64,000 nucleotides of DNA from Chiloscyllium plagiosum. Lineage: Eukaryota. Position 1 is the first letter of the stretch. Each line of letters begins with the position of its first letter. Shown one piece after another: positions 36,476-50,149 of the stretch. The notes below the pieces were generated by a model. That model was given only the letters and a program-made list of their open reading frames with translations. It did no database searches and was not told where the DNA came from. The translations under genes and the position numbers were made by a program. The DNA is taken from positions 9,029,664 to 9,093,663 of the forward strand of contig NC_057718.1 of the NCBI RefSeq assembly GCF_004010195.1, in the 5' to 3' direction.

Positions 36476-38569
36476 CAGAATAACATTGACTGGGATGGGC
36501 CCCCCGCCTCTATGATACCGACTAGTCTCTATAGACCTCAATCATCCCAATGGAAAACGCATACTGGCTGTTGATGAAGATCCGAGCACAGACATAACCA
36601 GGAAAGAGGGGCACAATGACACCTTCTGCAGTCTACTGCCTGGAACTGTTAGTAACTACAGAATGAAAATCCATTGCTGGAGAAACTCAGCAGTCTGGCA
36701 GTATCTGTGAAGTGAAAGCAGAGCCTATGTTTTGGGTCTGGTAACCCTCCTTCAGAACTGGCCACTGGCTACTTTGGCCAAGCCCAGGAATAGCCCGACG
36801 AGGAGACCCTCTGACCTGCCAGCACCTCCCTGCTCCAACTCATCTACTCTCCCCTCACATAGGCTTGAAAGCTCCCTTCGAACAAGGTGGAGGGAAACGG
36901 TGTTCACCTCACTACACTCCTCCTTCCCCACCCCACTATACTGGCCAACATTTACCCCTCAACAAAAACAGACTGAACACTACCAAATTGCTGCTGTGGG
37001 ATCTTGCTGTGCTGCCTTTTCCAATACTGCAGCAGCGACTGGATTTTGACGGCACTTTGTGAGGTACTGAGGCACTGTGGAAAAAGCAGGTTTTCTATCA
37101 GGTTTAAATGGACAGTAAGTGTCATCACCCTGAGTGCTGTTGGATTCTTTAAGAACGGCAAGTTCTGTCCACTGCCATCATGGGTCAGTTTATATTGAAG
37201 GGTCCGCTGTGTGCCCAGAATCCACACGGCAGGAAAATGCCAAGAAACCTGAAATCAAATCATGTGGGCATTTTGTCTCACAGAGCTCATGCAATTCTGC
37301 TCTCCCCAGGTCCTCTTAAAACCTTCCTATGTTCCTAAGGTTGTCTTTGGCTCAATTTTCACCAACTTGTTAAAAGGTTTGCTTTATCATCTAGGCTCAG
37401 ATTTCGTTGCGGTGTTGCAGGAGTACTGCGTTGCCAGAGATGCTTTATTGTAGGTGCCTGATCAGCTTGACTGGGAGGAAGCAAGGATAGCAGGATAAGA
37501 CCAAATGGGCTGAAAAGCCAGCCTTGTCATCCTTAGGCATTCGCAAAGCTGGCGCATCATCGACATAGCAGACGCAATCCTTCCAGATTGTTCTGAAAGC
37601 TGCCATTATCATAATTAGGTTGTAATATAATCTTCCTTTTTTATGCAGCTTCGCATACTCTGCAGCCAGCAGTGTACCTGGCTAAGAACAAAACATCATG
37701 AACGCCTGATAATTTAATTCACAGCAGTCAGCATCTGTGTGCTTTGAAATCTTTCAGGACACACATTATAAAGGCGAGAGAAACATTCAGTGGCTTGTGG
37801 CAGTCCTTATGGATTTCCCCACTTCCTCCATCAGCCCCAGACATTCAGGGTGTCTGAACACTGTGCATGAGGCAACTGTCCAGGCAGTTGTGACATACAC
37901 CCAGCTTTACAACAAAGATAAATCTCTGCAGAGGTTTCACACACTCACTGGCAGCTCTGTGGGAAGCATCCTCACATCCCATCCCTCTCGAGGACCCAAT
38001 TACTGTGACGCTGACTGATCCATCGACTGACATTTTATTCCATGGATCTGTGCAGGAATAGAGTCATAGGGCCCCTACAGCACAGAGACAGGCCCTTCGG
38101 CCCATCTGACCAAACTGTCCGCCCGCACTAACCCCATTTCCCTGAACTTGGCCCACATCCATTTCAACCTTTCCTAGAATGGCTTCATGTAAATGTGAAT
38201 GAATTCCTGGGTTATGCTGTGATGTAGCTGTGATCGAAATAGTCATGTGATGGGTCTCTGCTAGAAAGTTGGAACCAGCGCACCTCGGAGAAGTGAGCTA
38301 TTATCAGGTACATGCTGTTAATCAGTATTGTTTAAAACATACGAAACATTCTAATTCAAGCTTGTACGAAAAACAGAAGAACCAAAATTAAAGAAATGTG
38401 GGGAATATTTTACTTATAACACAGTATATAGGAGTGTTCACCCTGTCAAGTCTGCGCTACCATTCAATGAGATCATGACTGATCTGATAACCCTTACTCC
38501 ACATTCCCGCCTTTTCCCCATAAACCTTGATCCCTTTACTGATTAAAAATCTGTCTATCTCAACCTTTG

Positions 38570-38885
38570 TGGGCGGCACGGTGGCACAGTGGTTAGCACT
38601 GCTGCCTTACAGCGCCAGAGACCCGGGTTCAATTCCCACCTCAGGCGACTGACTGTGTGGAGTTTGCACGTTCTCCCCGTGTCTGCGTGGGTTTCCTCCG
38701 GGTGCTCCGGTTTCCTCCCACCATCCAAAGATGTGCAGGGTCAGGTGAATTGGTCATACTAAATTGCCTGTAGTATTAGGTAAGGGGTAAATGTAGGGGT
38801 AGGGCTATGGGTGGGTTTCGCTTCGGCGGGTCGGTGTGCACTTGTTGGGCCGAAGGGCCTGTTTCCACACTGTAATCTAATCTAA
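38570..38885 (+). mobile_element. HE1-like V-SINE (young) inserted in a CR1 3' UTR fragment
   Basis: Full head-to-tail copy with CpGs retained. Confidence 0.92.
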
Positions 38886-39411
38886 AAAAAACTTCAATAC
38901 AATTAACGACCCAGCCTCGACAGCCCTTTGTGGTAAAGAATTCCACAGATTCACTACTGGGGAAGGGGCAGAGTCGTTGTGTATACTTAAGGCTGAGATG
39001 GATAGATTCTTGATCAGTAACAGGATCCAGGGTTAAAGGGAAAGGGCAGGGATGCGGATGTGAGGAATGCCAGATCAGCCTTGATCCTATTGGATGGTGG
39101 AGGGGCCGAATGGCCGACTCCTGATCCAATTTCTTTGGGCTTTCTGATCTGAAAGGAGCCCTGTGATGCAGCAGTAGTGTCCTTAACTCTGGGCCAGAAG
39201 ATCCTGTTTCAAGTCACACCTGCCTCATTCGAATGTCAAAACATGTCTAAATGGGATGATTACATCGTCTCACAAGATGACACAATCAAAGTCTCCAAAA
39301 AGGAGAGCCAGTAAAGTTACTGAACAACATATACTGGTCGAACCTATCTCATATACTTCAACAGGAGGTCCAGACTTTTTATTTCCAGGAATGATTAGTT
39401 TCCAAACTCAG

Positions 39412-39652
39412 TCAACCGTCTGTGTGGAGTTTGCACATTCTCCCCGTGTGTGCGTGGGTTTCCTCTGGGTGCTCTGGTTTCCTCCCACAATCCAAAGATG
39501 TGCAGGTTAGGTGAATCAGCCATGCTAAATTGCCCACGATGTGTAAGTCAGTTGCGTTAAGTCGGGGAATGGGTCTGGGTGGGTTACTCTTTGGAGGGTT
39601 GGTGTGGACTTGGGCCAAAGGGCCTGCTTCCACACTGCAGGGATTCTATAAT
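39412..39652 (+). mobile_element. 5'-truncated HE1-like SINE
   Basis: V-domain and tail. Confidence 0.85.
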
Positions 39653-40569
39653 CTTACTGAAAGAAAGAACAGGGTCAGGGCTGAATGGCCTCCTCCCAAT
39701 CTTATATTCACCCAGAAACAATAAATGGACAGCTGGCTGGATGAGAACTCTGGAACTAGATGTGAATACCCTTCTTGATTGGTCATTTAGAGAATGCAGC
39801 GTTAGATATCCCTGCCTTCTACCAGTAATCTCCCTTTACACTCTTTCAGCTGAACTCAACTGCTCCTTACAGCAGCATTGTAACAGAAGCAGGCATTTCA
39901 ATGCAAACTAAACTAAAATGCTATTCCCAAGGCAAACAATGCCCTATAGCAGTCCCTCTTTATATGTGCTCAAGATAGTTCATTAATCAATACCTTCCCA
40001 CCAGTTTATCCTTAAATTTAATGACTCAGTTGACATAATCATAACATGGTAGGCAGCAGAAAAGCAGAGGGAATATTTTAATTTTGATATTGACACAAGA
40101 CTAGGTGGGAATTCAGGTTCGAAGGAGGGCACAACAAGGCTTCAAGAGAGTTTGAACAGGCTACTCAAATGGGCTAGAACACAGCAGATGGAATATAATG
40201 TAAGTGAGAGTGAAGTTATGTTCTTTAGTAATCAAAAACCAAAAAAAAACACAGTGTTTATTGAACAGTGAAAGGTTTGGAAGTATCGGGGTCCAGAGGG
40301 ACCTGCATTGCCTTTGCTCATGAGTCACTGAAAGCTTAATGCAGATGCATCAAGCAATGAGGATGGCATATTGTCACAGGAGGAAAGGTGTTTTGCTACA
40401 GAACAGACATCACTGGAAAATCTCAGCAGATCTGGTAGCATCTGTGGAGAGAAATCACAAAATGACATCACCATAGGAAATGACCTCACCACAAGAAATG
40501 GAACAACCCAAGGAAACTTAAATACATTAATATAAAGCCAGCTACACCACCAGTGCTTCATCCGGAGGC

Positions 40570-40609
40570 TCACTGAAGATGTTACCTAGTATGGTGACGA
40601 AACATCTGA
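40570..40609 (+). ncRNA. Minimal hammerhead ribozyme motif (family C) in a pLTR fragment at about 40460-40650
   Basis: UCA-CUGAAGA-U-GUUACC-UAGUAU-GGUGAC-GAAA-CA-UC-UGA. Confidence 0.78.
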
Positions 40610-41577
40610 AAACAACCTTTCCAGCTCAACAAGCAAACCTATATCTAGAAGTCAGAGTTGACTCTTCCTCAGAACTGATGTCTTGTTACAGTTGTATAAA
40701 GCCTTGGTGGGAATGCACTTCCTTATTTAAGGAAGGATTGAAATTTCCTAATTAACATGTTCAGAGATGTTATGACACACCTTGATAGCAGGTAGGGCTT
40801 GAACCCAGGTTCCTGTTTCAGATGGGGGGACACTAGCACTGCAGCACAAGAGTCCCTTCCAAAGAAGGGTAGACTTGACCTTGAGGGAATGCAACAGAAA
40901 TTACCTTGGGGAATAGAGGGACAGTCTTCTGGGGAGAGATTGAAGAAACACACAGGACGTGACATGGTGGACAAGGATATGATATTTCCCCTGGTTGGTG
41001 AGTGTAGAGTTTCAGAAGAAGGGATAGGTGATTGGGCACATAAATAAGGAGGAGGAATTTCTTCACTCTGAGGGTGGTAAGTCTTTGGGAATTCTCTGTC
41101 GCAGATATCTGAGAACCTTGGTCACTGATATATTTTCAAGGCAAAAAACAAATGAGAAGGCGCACTGGAGATATGGGGATAATGCAGGGAAGTCACCTTG
41201 AGGTCAGTGATCAACCCTAATATTCTGGAATACTAGGTTCAAGGGGCTGAATGACCTATTCCTGCTCCTATTCTTGATGTTCCCACATTCTCATGATTGG
41301 AGCTATAATCAACTATTAAAGCTCAGATCAATATTGAACCTGCAGCCTTCCTTAGTCTATGAGCACCAACCACTCAACAGCAGCCTGCATGCATATTGCA
41401 TTTTTAATCTAGGAAGAGCAAATCCTGAGGGACTTTGCTGCATTGTAATCAGGCAACGTTCACTCAGAAATGTAAAGATATGTCAAGACAGCCTGGTAAA
41501 AGAGGTAGGAAGGTGTGCCTTACAAGAGGAAGATGAGGCAGAAAGAAGAAAAGGTTTGGTCCCTGAGCTGGGACCGT

Positions 41578-41891
41578 GGGCGGCACGGTGGCACAGTGGT
41601 TAGCACTGCTGCCTCACAGCGCCAGAGACCCGGGTTCAATTCCCGCCTCAGGAGACCGACTGCGTGGAGTTTGCACATTCTCCCCGTGTCTGCGTGGGTT
41701 TCCTCCGGGTGCTCCGGTTTCCTCCCACAGTGCAAAAATGTGCAGGTTAGGTGAATTGGCCATACTAAATTGCCTGTAAGTGTTAGGTGCAGGGGTAAAT
41801 GTAGGGGAATGGGTCTGGGTGGGTGCGCTTCGGCGGGTCGGTGTGGACTTGTTGGGCCGAAGGGCCTGTTTCCACACTGTAAGTAATCTAA
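41578..41891 (+). mobile_element. HE1-like V-SINE (young)
   Basis: Full-length copy. Confidence 0.92.
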
Positions 41892-42009
41892 AAAGCTGGG
41901 GATGTGGCCACCAATGGTAGAGAAATGGAAGTGGGGAATAAAATGTGAAGTGCTTTAACCAACTGAGTCTCTGGGGAATTGACGATGTTCCCCTTTCGTC
42001 TAGGACTTG

Positions 42010-42483
42010 AGATGTTGTGAAACTTGAAAGGATGAAGAAAACATTTGCAAGGATGTTGCCAGGGTTGGAGGGTTTGAACAACAGGGAGAGGCTGAACAGG
42101 CTGGGACTGTTTTCACTGGAGTGCCGAAGGCTGAGGGGTGACCTTATGGAGGTTTATAAATCATGACGGGCATGGATAGGGTAAATAGACAAGGTCTTTT
42201 CCCCAGGATGGGGGAGTCCAAAATTAGAGGCCATAGGTTGAAGGGGAGAGGGAAAGGATTTTAAAATGACCTTTTTCAAACAGAGGGTGGTGCGTGTATG
42301 GGACAAGCTGCCAGAGAAAGTGGTGGAGGCTGGTACAATTACAACAGTTAAAAGGTGTCTGGATGGGTATCTGAATAGGAAGGGTTTAGAGGGATATGGG
42401 CTAAGTGCTGGCAAACGGAATTAGCTCAGACTATCCGCAAGGATGAGGTGGACTGAAGGGTCTGTTTCTGTGCTGTATGATTC
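42010..42483 (+). mobile_element. CR1 LINE 3' fragment
   Basis: RMLPGLEG, LRGDLMEVYK motifs and 3' UTR. Confidence 0.88.
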
Positions 42484-43629
42484 TAGGAGTCAACAAAGGC
42501 AGTCTCTGAGTGACAGCAGCTTTTGTCTTGATACTGTTCCGTGTATGCATGTCTACAGCACTGTTGCATCTTGGTTTTCATATCCTTTAAAGTTGCAGCC
42601 TTCTGCTGAAGGCAAACCATGCAGAAGCACTTATTTGCTGAACCAAGCTGCACTACATGAGGAATAATTTTGTTGGTAGCATTGCCTGATGTCATGTCAT
42701 ACGCGTTGCAATGTAAATGCCCAGAGGATGTGTAATATGAGTAATCAGTGGCCTCTGGTACTCCCTAACTATATGACTACAATGCATTTACGTCAAGTGT
42801 GGCAAGTGAGGTTGCAGTGTAACTGAAAATTGAATCGGGCAGGGAAATAGAACCAGAGGCTGCTTTAAATTAAGAGTTTGAGAGCAGTTTTCTTGATTGT
42901 TTTCAGCACTATTCTGAGCACGTAGATACCAACAGGTCCCAAGTTTAATCCCTATTCAGAGCTGATCTCTGCCAAGGAAAGCTAATAATTGTTCGCAACA
43001 CTCCCAGCCATGGGCGAGGGAATCTGTGGAGTGTGGCCAGATTATTAGACAATTGATTAGATAAAGGATTTATTGAAAATCATCGTGGTGTCAGGTGCTG
43101 GACGATACAAATAAAACAATGCATGTAATTCACATTAACATAAAGTTTGAAACAGTCAAAGAATTGCGCAATTATGCAAACGTACATGTGACTATAATTA
43201 CATCATGTTGCAAAATTTGGTCTCTTTAATTTACAGAATAAAAATAACAAAATTCAGTTGCTCGCTGACGTCCACAAATCAGATGTTGTTGGTTTGGGTT
43301 AATCAAATTCTCAATCATGTGCATACTGTTTATGAATTTTGAACAGTTGGGGTGTGGACTTCGTCTGCTTTATTTATTCCATATCTTATTTATGGAACAC
43401 TGATTTTTCTCCTGACTCACACCACAGAATTACTTCCAGTAGCTGTGACAAGAGATAGTAGGCAATGAGACATGGGATTCAAGAGTTTTCTACTGAAGTC
43501 CAGATAGAGTTTCCTCCATCTTTCAGTGAGAGTACATATGTTTAGTTGTTTAACATTGATACACGTTACCTCAGATCAGTTTCAAATGTTTGTTTCTGAA
43601 CTTGTTGACAAGCACTTCAATATGTTGCT

Positions 43630-44155
43630 AGGTCCAGCCATCTTCACCTCCTTCATCACTGAACTTCCCTCCACTATTAGGTCAGAAGTGAGGATGCTTG
43701 CTGATGATTACACAATGTTCAGCACCATTCGCGACTTCTCAGACAGTGAAGCAGTTCATGTTCAAATGCAGTAAGACCCGGGCAATATCCAGGCTTGGGC
43801 TGACCAGCAGCAAGGAACATGCGCCCCAAACAAACAAAGCAATAATTAGCTCCAATAAGAGACAACCTAACCATTATCCCTTGACATTCAATGGGTTTGC
43901 TGTCACTGAATCCCCTGCTATGAATGTCCTGGGAGTTACTGCTGACCAGAAACTGAACTGGACTCATCACATAAACGCAAGAGCAGGTCAGAGGCAAGAA
44001 ATACTGTGACGAGTAACTCACCTCCTGACTCCCCAAAGCCTCTCCACCATCTACAAGGCAGAAGTCAGAAGTGTGATGGAATACTCCCCACTTACCTGGA
44101 TGGGGGCAGCTCTAACAACATTCAAAAAGCTCGACACCATCTAGGACAAAGTAGC
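43630..44155 (+). mobile_element. Older CR1/L2-superclade LINE RT fragment
   Basis: LGPAIFTSFITELPSTIRSEVRMLADDYTMF (RT catalytic region). Confidence 0.8.
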
Positions 44156-44612
44156 CTTCAGCCAAAGGCTGATAGCACAGATGCAGTGAAGGAGAAGTTA
44201 AATAAACACAAAGGAGAAAAACAACAGGCTTGCATTTCCATAGCACCTTGTGCAAGCGCCAGGCATTCCAAACACCAGCAGCAGCACACAGCAGGCACTG
44301 GAAATCTGAACCAACCACAGAAACTGCTGGAGAAGCTCAGCAGGTATCAGTGGAGAGAGAAAAACGGAGTTCACATTTCGAGTCCAACGTGGGTCTTCAT
44401 TATGAAGAATGGCTTGTAAATGAAGACAAATCGGGTCAGTAGAAGACTGAAGTGAAGCAGAAAGCTCAGCATGGCTGAGATGGGCTGAATGGGCTCTGGC
44501 TGTGTCAGAACCCTCAGAAAATGCATTGGCATCGCAGTCTATCTGGTATCGTTTTACAGAAGGGGAGGGAATGATTGGCCTGGCTATCAACTTTTAACCT
44601 CTCGACTGGAGT

Positions 44613-45220
44613 GGAAGGCATTTTTGGTCAGTGCATTGAGTATTGGTGTCGAGAGGTCCTGTTGCAGCTGTACAGGACATTGGTTGGGCCATCTTTGGAA
44701 TACTGCATTCATATCTGGTCTCCCTGCTATAGGAAAGTTGTCATTAAAAAGTTCAAAAAAGATTTACAAGGATGTTGCCAGAGTTGGAGGGTTTGAGCGA
44801 CAGGGAGAGACTGTAGGCTGGGGCTATTTTCTCTGGAGCATCAGAGGCTGAGGGGTGACCTGAAAGACGTTTATACAATCATGAGGGGCATAGGTAGGGT
44901 GAATAGACAAGGTCATTTCCCTAGGGTAATGGAGTCCAGACTAGAGGGCATAGGTTTAAGGTGAGAGAGGAAAGATTTAAAAGGGACCTAAGGGGTAAAC
45001 GTTTTCACACAGAGAGTGGTACATGTATGGAATGAGCTGCCAGAGCCAGTGGTGGAGGCGGGTACAATTACAGCATATAAAAGGCATCTGGATAGGTATA
45101 GAGATAGGAAGGGGTTAGAGGGGCATGGGCCAAATGTTGGCAAATGGGCTCGATTAATTTAGGAATCTGGTCAGCATGGACAAGTTGGACCGAAGGGTCT
45201 GTTTCCGTGCTGTATGACTC
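44613..45220 (+). mobile_element. CR1 LINE 3' fragment
   Basis: LLQLYRTLVGPSLEYCIHIWSPCYRK motif; ATGACTCT tail. Confidence 0.9.
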
Positions 45221-45737
45221 TGTGAGCCTATCTGTGAATTTCTCAAACCCCACTACCAGTCCCCCAGCCCCTCCTGAGCTCCCCACCCACACCCACTCCC
45301 TAAATGTGGAAGCTGGGTCATTGAATATATACAAGACTCAGTTAGATAGATTTTTGATTGACAAGGAAGCTCAGGGGGAGGAAGTGGGGGTAGGTACAGA
45401 CCGGAGAACGGAGCTAGAGCTACAATTAGGAATGCCAACTTTCCTGGGATGGATGGGGGTCGACTCGACTCATTGCCAGGTGGAAATTCGCAACAATTGG
45501 GAGATTGTCAAACGAAAGGGTATATGGACAGCATGGTGCAGGAAGAGCAGTCAGGATCCTCATCGCTACCTGTTGCTGAGCCTTGGATCACCTTGGACTG
45601 GATAGGACTGAGAGAGAGAGAGAGAGAGAGAGAGAGTTGGAATGAAGGTGTCGGAAGGTGCCACCAACAAAGACGGCAATTGTCTGGGACCACATTCAAC
45701 CTTCTATCAGACCATAAGTGATAGCAACATTTCCTAT

Positions 45738-47050
45738 TGAGGCCATTCAGCCCCTCGAGCCTGCTTCATCATTCAGTAGGATCGTGGCTGTTCCAGCACT
45801 CCTCATGTCCACTTTCCTGTCCTTTCCCTGTAACCTTTGATTCCCTGACTGATCAATAATCTCTCGATCACAGTCTTCAATGTACGCAAGGACTCTTATC
45901 TCACAGCTCTCTCTGCGGCAAGGAGTTCTGTAGACTCACAACCCTCTGAGAGAAGAAATTCCTGCTCATCTCAATCTGAAATTGGAGCCCCTTTATTCTG
46001 AGACTGTGCCCCCTGGCCCTGGACTCTCCCATGAGGGGAAACATCCTCTCAGCATTGACCCTGTCAAGCCCCCTGAGAAGGGATAGGCCATTTGGCCTGC
46101 TGAGTCTGCTCTGCCATTCATTAAAATCGAGGCTGATCTATCCATCGTCTCAGCTCCTCCTACCTTCATTAACCCTTCATTCCCCTACCATGCAAAAACC
46201 CATCCAACTGTGTCTTGAATATATTTAATGAGGTTGCCTCTGCTGCTTCCTTGGGCAGAGAATTCCATAGATTCCTACTCTCTGGGAAAACCAGCTCCTC
46301 CTCATCTCTGTCCTAAATTTTCCCCTCCCTAACCTTGAGGCCATGTCCCCTAGTTCTAATCTCACCCACCAGTGGAAACAATTTGCCTGCCTTGATCTTA
46401 TCTATCCCTTTCACAATTTTATATGTTTCTATAAGGTCCCCTCTCATTCTTCTAAATTCTAGCAATTACAGCCTCTGGCAGCTCAACCTCTCCTCAAAGG
46501 GTAACCCCCTCATCTCCAGAATCAACCTGGTGAACCTCCTCCGCACTGCGTCCAAAGCCAGTATATCCTTAGAGTCAGAAGACCAGAACTGCACCCAATA
46601 CTCCAGATGCAGCCTCACCAACACCTTGTACAATTGCAGCAGAACCTCCCTACTCTTCAGTTCAATCCCTCGCGCAATGAAAGTCAATATTCCATTTGCC
46701 TTCCTGATTACCTGTTGCATCTGTAAATCAACAAATCTGTAAATCTGTAAATCAAATTCATGTACGAACACTCCTACGTCCCTCTGCACAACAGCATGCT
46801 GCAATCTTTCACCATTTAAATAATGCTCCGACCTACTAGCTTTATTTCCAAAGTGGATAACCTCTCATTTACCAACATCTGCCAGACCCTTGCCCATTCA
46901 CTTAACCTATCTAAATCTCTCTGCAGATCCTCCACATCCTCTGCACAGTTTGACTTTCCATTCAATTTAGTGTCATCAGCAAATGTGATCCCCTCTCATT
47001 CTTCTAAACTCCAGTGAGTTGAGTCCCAACCTGTTTGGACTTTGCTCCTA
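45738..47050 (-). mobile_element. Stacked/nested CR1 3' fragments
   Basis: LLQLYKVLVRLHLEYWVQFWS motif; two 3' UTRs (about 45738 and 46085). Confidence 0.8.
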
Positions 47051-48383
47051 AGAAAATCTCACCATCTCACCATCGCTGCTGGGAAATATGAGTGCCAGCA
47101 TTGAAAGCTGTGGAAAACCTTCACTCTCCTGAATCCCCTCAACAACACCCCCCTTCCCCTACACACACCATCCAACACCCCTCCCCCACAAGCCCTGGCC
47201 TATGGAAAGCCCCAGGAACCATGGTGTGATGCTAATGGGCTGTAACAAAGGCCTCAGTTTTATTGGCTAAAGGACCATCAAGACTGAGAAATCGTTCCAC
47301 TGAAACCTTCCTTGTTTGTTGTTCTTTCTACATTACACGAAATGATAGGCACTGGCAGAGTAAGCGTTCTCCTTCCAACCTTCAGCTCCCACTTAAATAT
47401 TAACAAAACAATGGCCTTATAGTACATGGATTTAGAAATGGCAGATCAATGGTTAATAGCAACAAGACCATAGTCTGAGGGAAAATTCACTCTGAGTCAT
47501 CAACATGAGGTACAGTCAGATCAGCCATGACCTCACTGAGTGACAAGGCAGGATCAATAGGGTGAATGACTTGCTTCTATTTCTCACGCTGCTGTGATCT
47601 GGTATCTACACTCCTCCCTACACCCCTCCCCTTGTCACCAACTCTACACCCTCCATTTTAACCATTGCACCATGGTGGGTGCGGGATCTGGTGGAGCCCA
47701 GAGTGCTGGGCTTGCCTCCCTCAACCCCTGCACCTCTCTCTCCCTCTTTCTCTCGCCTCCTTTAAAGCCTTCTTGAAAAACTCATCACTTTTTCAAAACG
47801 CTTGGTTAGCATTGCCTCATTAAGTGGCTGGGTGTCAGATCTTTAACGAACATAAGGCGCCCTGGGGCATTTTGCTCAGTTAGTGGTGATTTTTCAATGC
47901 AATCTGCTCTGGTTGTTATATGGAATTCCAAAGATCCCAATGATGGATCCACACATGTAGTAATCAAGACCATAAAACACAGGAGCAAATGTAGGCCACT
48001 CAGCCCATCGAGTCTGCTCTGCTATTCAGTGAGATCATGGCAGATCTGATAATCCTGAACTCTGCTTTCCTGCCTTTTCCCCATTACCCTTGATTCCCTT
48101 TCTAATTAAAAATCTGCCTTGAATATACCTAATGATTCAGCCTTGACACCTTCCATGGTAAAGAATTCCAGATATTTATTACCCTTGAGAAAAGAGATTC
48201 TTCCTCATCTCTGTTTTAAATGGGCGACCGTTTATTCTGAGATTCAGTCCATGGTTCCTGGACTCTCCCACAAGGGGAAGCAATCTTTTAAATGTATTAA
48301 CCTCTCAGAAGTGATATCACCCACCATAGCAGACAAAGACAGATAAACAGCAGACAAGACAGAACATCAGTGCTTCCGGAGGC

Positions 48384-48423
48384 TCACTGATGATGTTACC
48401 CAGCATGGTGACGAAACGTCTGA
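48384..48423 (+). ncRNA. Minimal hammerhead ribozyme motif (family C), best-preserved copy
   Basis: UCA-CUGAUGA(48387-48393)-U-GUUACC-CAGCAU-GGUGAC-GAAA(48413-48416)-CG-UC-UGA; predicted cleavage after C48420 (GUC triplet). Confidence 0.82.
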
Positions 48424-49500
48424 AAACAAACCTTCCAGCTCAGCGAGCAAACCTACAACCTGAACTACAAATCTTCTCCAAAATTGCATGCAACCACAAC
48501 CGCATCTTCCCTACTTAATTAGTTGGGTTCTTTAGATAGATCTGCTCATCTAAGACTGGAGAGGCCACAGAGGACAAAAAGGTCATATTCAGTTTAAGGT
48601 ACATGGAAAGACTTTCCATTTTAATATTTCTGACAAAATCACACCTGGAAACCTGTTGCAGGTAGAAAACCACTGTTAAGCTGGGAGAATAGAAGGTTTG
48701 GAAATTTATAAAAAGCTTGTCTCAATCCCCACTTCTGACGTTATGATATAGGGAAGGTCATTGATGAAGAGGGTGAAGATGGTTAGGTCTAGGAGGCTAC
48801 CCTGAGGAGCTCCTGCTTGGATGGTCTGGAGCTGAGATGACCTGGGTATAAACTTGTGACCAGAGGCTACAGTTATTCTGCACATTAGCACCCTAGACAA
48901 TGGCTGTGTCTGGGCTTCACTCTGCAATGCCTGTACTAGTTTACCTGCTCATAAAACCACCAGATGGCTATAAGGAAATAGTATCCATTCACTTCGGTTG
49001 TACTGCCTTCAGATAGAACAAGAGCATCATTACAGCACGTCTCATCTTGTTTTCATGTTCCATAGTATCTTGTCTTTGTGCCCGCTCCTCCTTGATGGTC
49101 TCTCAAACTTACCGTCTCCTTTCTTTCATGGTTACACCAACAGCATCCAACAGAGGGCGCTGTTGCATTGCAGACCACACACCAGAGCCGGCCATCCTGA
49201 GGCTCCCTCTCCCATTGCCACCAACTCCCTGTCACCAAAATGCCCGTTTTCCTGGGCACGAGGGAAATGGAGAGATGATGTTGTGCTAATGGCACTGGGT
49301 GAATAATCCAGGGGCAATCCAGGCTGATGTTCTGGAGGCCAGGTGTTGAGGGAATATTGAGACATTTGAATATAATGAAAATATGGAATTAAAAGCTAGC
49401 CTAATGGCAACCATTGTTCATTGTCATAAAACTCATCTGTTTAACAAATGGCCTCTAGGGAAGGAAATTTGTCATCCTTACCAGGTCTGGGCCTACATGT

Positions 49501-49649
49501 TGGGGTGGCATGGTAGCTCAGTGGTTAGTACTGCTGCCTCACAGCTCCAGAGACCTCAGGCGACTGTCTGTGTGGAGCTTGCACATTCTCCCCCTTGTGA
49601 CTGCGTGGGTTTCCTCCGGGTGCTCCGGTTTCCTCCCACAGATGTGCAG
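49501..49649 (+). mobile_element. HE1-like SINE truncated by assembly gap
   Basis: Head and V-domain run into Ns. Confidence 0.8.
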
Positions 49650-50149
49650 NNNNNNNNNNNNNNNNNNNNNNNNNNNNNNNNNNNNNNNNNNNNNNNNNNN
49701 NNNNNNNNNNNNNNNNNNNNNNNNNNNNNNNNNNNNNNNNNNNNNNNNNNNNNNNNNNNNNNNNNNNNNNNNNNNNNNNNNNNNNNNNNNNNNNNNNNNN
49801 NNNNNNNNNNNNNNNNNNNNNNNNNNNNNNNNNNNNNNNNNNNNNNNNNNNNNNNNNNNNNNNNNNNNNNNNNNNNNNNNNNNNNNNNNNNNNNNNNNNN
49901 NNNNNNNNNNNNNNNNNNNNNNNNNNNNNNNNNNNNNNNNNNNNNNNNNNNNNNNNNNNNNNNNNNNNNNNNNNNNNNNNNNNNNNNNNNNNNNNNNNNN
50001 NNNNNNNNNNNNNNNNNNNNNNNNNNNNNNNNNNNNNNNNNNNNNNNNNNNNNNNNNNNNNNNNNNNNNNNNNNNNNNNNNNNNNNNNNNNNNNNNNNNN
50101 NNNNNNNNNNNNNNNNNNNNNNNNNNNNNNNNNNNNNNNNNNNNNNNNN
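49650..50149. other. Assembly gap (500 N)
   Basis: Run of N. Other gaps at 55041-55287 and 56459-56555. Confidence 1.

Noticed and set aside
38570..38645. tRNA gene
   Set aside because: tRNA-derived head of an HE1 SINE, continuous with V-domain and LINE-derived tail; the same holds for all copies.
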